Of a stretch of DNA of 64,000 nt, positions 58,481 to 64,000 are shown one piece after another. The translations under genes were made by a program, and so were the position numbers. The notes under the pieces are model-generated. The model worked only from the letters and a program-made list of their open reading frames with translations, was not told the origin of the DNA and did no database searches. Source of the DNA: the human T2T-CHM13v2.0 reference genome, Homo sapiens. The stretch lies in assembly GCF_009914755.1 (NCBI RefSeq), contig NC_060947.1; one strand, given 5' to 3'. Every line of letters starts with the position of its first letter. Position 1 is the stretch's first letter.

Positions 58481-58909
58481 GGTGGTAAGAAGGAAGAGGA
58501 AATGAAATACTAAAAGGATATAAGGTCAGGAAAGTTGAAAACAAATTTCACCTAATTCACAATTATGTCTAGGAGCAATATCACTCTAAGGCTAAGAAAT
58601 AAAAACAAAGTAGACTTAAACAGTATATCCAAGAGGGGCAAGATTAAAGATAGATTCTAAAGAAAAATGATGGAAAATGTCATTTTAGCTTGACAAATAT
58701 GATTCATTTGTATTGAGGCTGAATCACAATTGTAAAGAAATAAATGGAGATGATATTGACATGTTCTCCTATATCCCTAGATACCATTAGGTTGAACTCA
58801 TTAAACAATATTTGTTTATTCTGTGCTTAATCAGGCACAGCTTTGGTTTTAGAAAACTTAAGTGGGTCAAGAACCTAGAAATCAACAAGAATAATGAGAA
58901 GATGGGGGA

Positions 58910-59020
58910 TGTATTAGTCCATTTTGCCTTGCTATAAAGGAATGCCTGAGACTGGGTAATTTATAAAGAAAAGAGGTTTATTTGGCTCATAGTTTTGTAG
59001 ACTGTACAAGCATGGCATCC
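58910..59020 (-). mobile_element. MST (MaLR) LTR terminal fragment
   Basis: TGTATTAGTCCATTTTGCCTTGCTATAAAGGAATGCCTGAGACTGGGTAATTTATAAAGAAAAGAGGTTTATTTGGCTCA. Confidence 0.88.
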
Positions 59021-59729
59021 AACAAAGAAGGTAAAATGAGTGGTTTCTCTTAGTCCTTTTCCTTTAGGTAAAGTATCCTGAGTTCTTTCCTCCATGGAGC
59101 TCTTTAGACACATTTTCTTGAAGGGAGAGATACCTGGAGAAGAAATGGATCTAAAAAAAAACTACTGTGAAAAGCCACTAAAGGCTTTCTCTGGCATCCG
59201 GAAACACTAGGCTACTGTTGGTGCTAGAGAAAGATATAAAAATTGAAAAGATAGATTTTTAAAATGCTATAAAACTCATCCTTTATCACTAAGGCTAGGT
59301 TATAAAGAGACCTTACTATGCACATAATCCAAACATCATGAATGAAAGCGTATTATAATGGGGCAATTCAAGATGCTATCTTTTGATTTGAAAACAAACA
59401 AACCAACAAAACAAAACAAAAGAAACAAACAAAGCCCCTTGGCTTGATTTTTAATTCCAGAGTGCTTGTTATAACATGCATAATCTCAGATATGTGTCAA
59501 GCGAAACAAAATGACTGAGCAGTTATGCTGAGAGCTGATTTTAGCTACTGTACAAATTCAAAGACATTTTTCAAGGCAATACTTAAAAGTCCATGCTTCT
59601 AATATCTTTAATTACCATCTTCCTGTCAATACTGAAAAAAAAAATTAGATACAAAATCAGACCTGAGAAAAACCAAAGGACCTATGTTTATTAATTAATC
59701 ACCATGTTTTTACTTTCCTAGAACTTCTA

Positions 59730-60158
59730 TATCTACGCTCCAACTTGTTCCACCCTGCTTTATGCTTTTAGGGATCACATCAAACTAGTTTTCTTGTTCT
59801 CTGACATTCAGTTGGGTGGAGCCAATGGAAAAAAACCTACTGGAAATCAACAAGAATGAGTGTGAGGTGAAGATATTTATTTTCCTTGCTCATTTCCTGT
59901 TTGACAAAATTAACAGGGGCTCCTTTTCTCTCCTGAAGGCTACTCCTCCTCCATGCCAGTAATCATTCCCTCCTGCTGTATCTTCAGGCCCAAGTGGTGG
60001 TAATGGCTCCCCACTGTTGCTAGTCTGGAGACTCTGTTGTGCCTTGTTAGTTCCCCTTAATCCTGCTCATACAATTGCCAGTATGCCCCGTATTAAGCTT
60101 TCCTCAGTTTTTCCAGTAGAGCACGCCATCTATTTGCTATGCTGACCCTGAGTCAACC
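59730..60158 (+). mobile_element. LTR33-like ERVL solo LTR
   Basis: GTTGGGTGGAGCCAATGG, CTTCAGGCCCAAGTGGTGGTAATGGCTCCCCACTGTTGCTAG and GCCATCTATTTGCT...GACCCTGA. Confidence 0.72.
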
Positions 60159-60679
60159 TTATTTTTTTTCACTCTTACTTCTGATTGAACAAACAGATTT
60201 TTATCCGTTGTTTTACAACAAAAATTGTGTGTTGATATCCTGTACTGTTTACCAGTTGCTACCAGTGCTATAAAGTGAAAAGAGATGAAGAAAGATAAAC
60301 AAGGACATATATAGTAGGAAGGACAATTTGCTCTGCTATGGTTTTTAAGCTATATTTAAAGGATATGTGTATGGAGGATATGTATGCGTGGTACTCAAAA
60401 GACATCCTGAGAGACTACTGTACAAAGAGATGAGCAAAAATATTTCATATATTTGGCAACAAGCCTTATTTTCAACTATTTCTGGAGTGTCTCCATGTTG
60501 ATTAGCCTGCTTAGAGCCTCCTATGGGCTGTCTACTCAAGATTTGGCATATGGAGGAAAATCACATGATTGTGCAAGCATTTTGATGAGGTAGAGAGAGC
60601 CTAGAGAAAGACAGACCATCTGAACTTGAGAAAAAGCTAATCATATTAAGTGATAAAAGCAAGATATAACAGGAACACT

Positions 60680-61325
60680 TTTATGCTACTAGGGAAAGTA
60701 TAAATTGGAAGAACCATTCTGGTAAAATATTTTTATCTAATAAAGTTGAATTTTGAGCACGTCCTGCAACCCAGTAATTGCACTTTAGATTTAGACCCTA
60801 AGGAAACACTTGCACATTTTCATTAAGAGATATGGGTGAAAATGTTCATACCACTGTTGTTTTTAATATCCATTGATAGGGAAGTGTTCATACTAATGCT
60901 TTTAAACATCCATTGATATGAAACAGATAAATAAAAATGGTATATTTTCAATAGGGAATACCATATAGAAGTGAAATGTTCATATATTTCAAAATGGATG
61001 ATTCTCATAAACAAAATGTTGAGTGAAAAAAAGTTGCAGAAGATTTCCTAAAGTTCAGTATCATTATTTGAGAGTCACCATGCCAGTGTAGCAAAAATAT
61101 AAAGAAAATTGACAGAGCAGTCACTCCACATTGAGAAGAGTGTCCACTTTGGGGAGTGGGATAGAGAAGGGGATAGTGTTGGAGAGGGCAATATAGGGTG
61201 CCCATGGGGAACTTCAAATGTTGCATCTCTCAAGCATGATTGTGAGTTCTGGGGTATTTATATTACCCTTATTCACATATCTCACGTGTGTATGATATTC
61301 TTGTTATATATAAAATAACCAATCA
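60680..61325 (+). mobile_element. L1ME-type 3' remnant
   Basis: CCCAGTAATTGCACTTTAGA...AATGTTGAGTGAAAAAAAGTTGCAGAAG. Confidence 0.6.
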
Positions 61326-63929
61326 TAAAAAGGCAAAAGCAAGATAAACTTATTTGCAGTAAGTCAAACTTCATTTTTATTTGCATATATGCATAGAACA
61401 GGTTCTGAAAGAATTTAAAATACAATATTTTAGCTCATTGGATCATGAGATCATGGTGATCATTTTCTTATATTTTTCAAATTGTCCATCATAAATAGAA
61501 AAGTATACTTTTAAAGAAAAAAGGTATAGCCAGTAATAAGTAGCAAATACTTGAAAAAAACACCAATACCTTCAATCAAGTTCTAGAAAAGTTATTGTAT
61601 TGAATCTCATTGATATTAGGATTCACTGTAAAGAGGAAATACCAAATAAAAGTTCAGACACATGACTAAAAGGCAAATGAAAGAAGGAAATGTTCCCATG
61701 AGCCAATGAGAATGTCAACCTCTTGCAACAATTATGTCATAGGAGAAAAAATGTCAGAAGACCATTATAATAAGAAACTGCTTATAAAGCTGCGGAAGGT
61801 GACCTTAATCGTCCAGTCATGTTCAGTTCAAACCATTATTTGGCTTTCAGCTGCTATGTATAGCATCTGTGTGATATAGTCATGTTTAAAGGGGCTGTGG
61901 CTGTTCATTTACATTTGCAATCTCTCCTTTAGGCTGTTATTAAGATTTCACAGAGTTTGCAAAACGTCTGTCCCCTGAGACCTTGCAAAATGAGTGGCAA
62001 GTAAAAAGACTTTTTGATGCTCAATGTCAGGGAGGACGATTCACCTAGCTGTGCTACAGTCCAGAAACACCAAGACCTGTTATTACAATCCTATTTAATA
62101 ACAAATATGCCAGTTATTGAACTTATATTAACTCTCTGTATAACTGAAGTATACACAATTGTATTTATTGACATACTGAGAGTGGTGTTTGATAACATCA
62201 TATTGTTTGAAACAAACAAGGCGGTGCAAGTGTTATTCATTATAACACAATATTCAATACTGATATTTAGATTTGAGTCAGAAAGCATGATTTTAAGACT
62301 GATGGGCTCCCTGTCATAAACCTTACATTGTGTCTTTCAAAAATAAAAAAGTTCTTGGTTAGCGTGACCCCTTTTCTCCATAAGCATACACGTCTTATCT
62401 TTCTTTAACCCTCTGTACCATGTATTGTTTCTACTAAAGATGTTAATAAGTGAGATTTCCAGTCATCACTGTTTTTCTGGTAGTTTTAGGTACTATGTAT
62501 ATATCTTTTTTTTTAAACGCACATGGTCTCTTAACTAAAACTCAACCAAACATTATATCATAGCTTGAGACAATGTGAAGCATGCTAGGAAAATTATTTG
62601 TGAACTTAATATAATTAATTTTGAAAAAGAAACCTAGAAACATGATAATAGGCTTCATATATGGTTTCATAAAATCATAGAACATCTGGTTTGGAAATGG
62701 TCTTAATGGTCGGTTAGTCCAACCATTCACCCCGGGCTTAAATCCCTTCTAAAACACTCCATCTATTAGTCTCTATGTCATCCCTGAACTGCCTGTTCCA
62801 GGAAGGAAGAATAGAAGACTTTTGGAAGCATTCCATTTAAAATAGGAGGTACTAATTTATATATCCATCTGTGCATACAAAATATTACTCCATGCATTTA
62901 CTGCTCCTTATTTTAAATGTGGTATGGCATACATTACTGGGGAAAAAAAATCCTTCCCTAGCTTTCTTACACATATTCCTTTAAAAACTAATTTGACAGA
63001 TCCTGGAGCTTTCTCTTCTTTGACCCCCAAAATGAAATAGTGTCAAAGACCCTAGTTTCTAGGACACATGCGAGGACCTTAAAAAAATACCTCAAATGAA
63101 TCATCATTTTCATCTTTTAAATTTATTTTGACTGCTTGTGTTTGGTCCAAGCAAGTCAAGGCAAATAGTCACACAGCTTCTTGCCAAGATTATGTTCTAA
63201 ATAAGAGAGGATACTTGCAAGAAAGACACACTGGAAAACTCAAACAATCCTAAAAAAGCTGTGTTTTATAAGAAAATCACACAACCACCAGATGATCACC
63301 ATTAGCTGTTAAGATTTAACAGGACAATTCTAAGTTTCTGTGTCAAAGAAAGTTTCATGGAGAAGTGATTTTAGGGCTCTTTTGCCTCTAGGTACAAAAA
63401 GTGCTTGGCAAATCCTAAGGAATAATGCTTTTTTACCCTAAAATTTTAACTTGCAGCAATGCTTGAAATCACCCCATTACAGAATCATAGCTTTGGGGTT
63501 TAGAGGTCTCTCAGTTTTCAAGATCCCCTGGCACCAAGCTCCTAACACACACCTATTATGGTGTAAAGCTTTACTGAGGGGGTGACTGGTCTGGAATGAA
63601 ATGCCCAATAGGCTTTTGACAGATAGCAGGGATCTCAGATACTAGAAGATACAGAAAGGGGAAGAGGGAGATTAAAGATAAACTTCACTCCTTGCTCAGT
63701 TTTCCCAGTGCTTATCCTTCCAGTGTATGTTAACTTATTTATTATTACCTTTGGTTTATCCTTAAAGTCTTCTTATAGACCTACCTGAGGCCAGGGCAAA
63801 GATAGTCAAACACTTTTGTTGATCCAAATGTATGTAACTATCTTTTTTCAGGGATTATATCTCAGTACTTACATCTTTGGGGATGTCTATATAAAATTTA
63901 TATCCAATCCTGAGTAGCTTTAAGGAGTT

Positions 63930-64000
63930 TTTGTTTTCTGTTGCTGTTGTTGTTGTTTGTTTGGTTGGTTGGTTTTTGAAATGGAGTTTTGCTCTGTCAC
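63930..64000 (-). mobile_element. Alu 3' end truncated by the window edge, with a microsatellite-like tail
   Basis: (GTT)n/(GGTT)n followed by TTTGAAATGGAGTTTTGCTCTGTCAC. Confidence 0.8.

Noticed and set aside
61933-62350. Plus-strand acceptor (CTCTCCTTTAG|), 101-aa ORF and AATAAA at 62342
   Set aside because: All frames after the acceptor close quickly, the donor is weak and no peptide is recognised, so no exon can be supported.

Overview
This is primate, probably human, nuclear DNA (AluY present, AT-rich, CpG-depleted), dominated by transposable elements, and it looks intronic or intergenic. No host protein-coding gene, RNA gene or CRISPR array could be recognised. All long ORFs in the track are LINE-1 ORF1/ORF2 remnants, Alu read-throughs or low-complexity artefacts. 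Main content: a full-length but inactivated L1PA5/6-type LINE-1 (1922-8374, +, with TSDs) that splits a MER45-type hAT element and itself carries a young AluY; the 5' half of an L1PB-type element (about 52985-56417, -); an L1PA15/16-type 3' segment with an AluY (about 46590-48985, -); nested older L1M elements; about nine Alus; Tigger3, MER44, MER47, MER58 and MER63 DNA transposons; MIR, L2 and CR1 relics; MaLR/LTR33 fragments; and microsatellites. I found no support for a previously undescribed biological system. The best-supported unusual observations are repair and insertion scars: a ~175-bp locally templated duplication with fold-back junctions inside the L1PB, a tail-less internal L1 fragment with a hairpin junction inside Tigger3, two Alus inserted at one nick (triplicated target site), a TSD-bounded L1 composite with an orientation switch, and an AT-rich quasi-palindromic minisatellite. 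Subfamily names come from remembered consensus sequences, and boundaries of old repeats are approximate.
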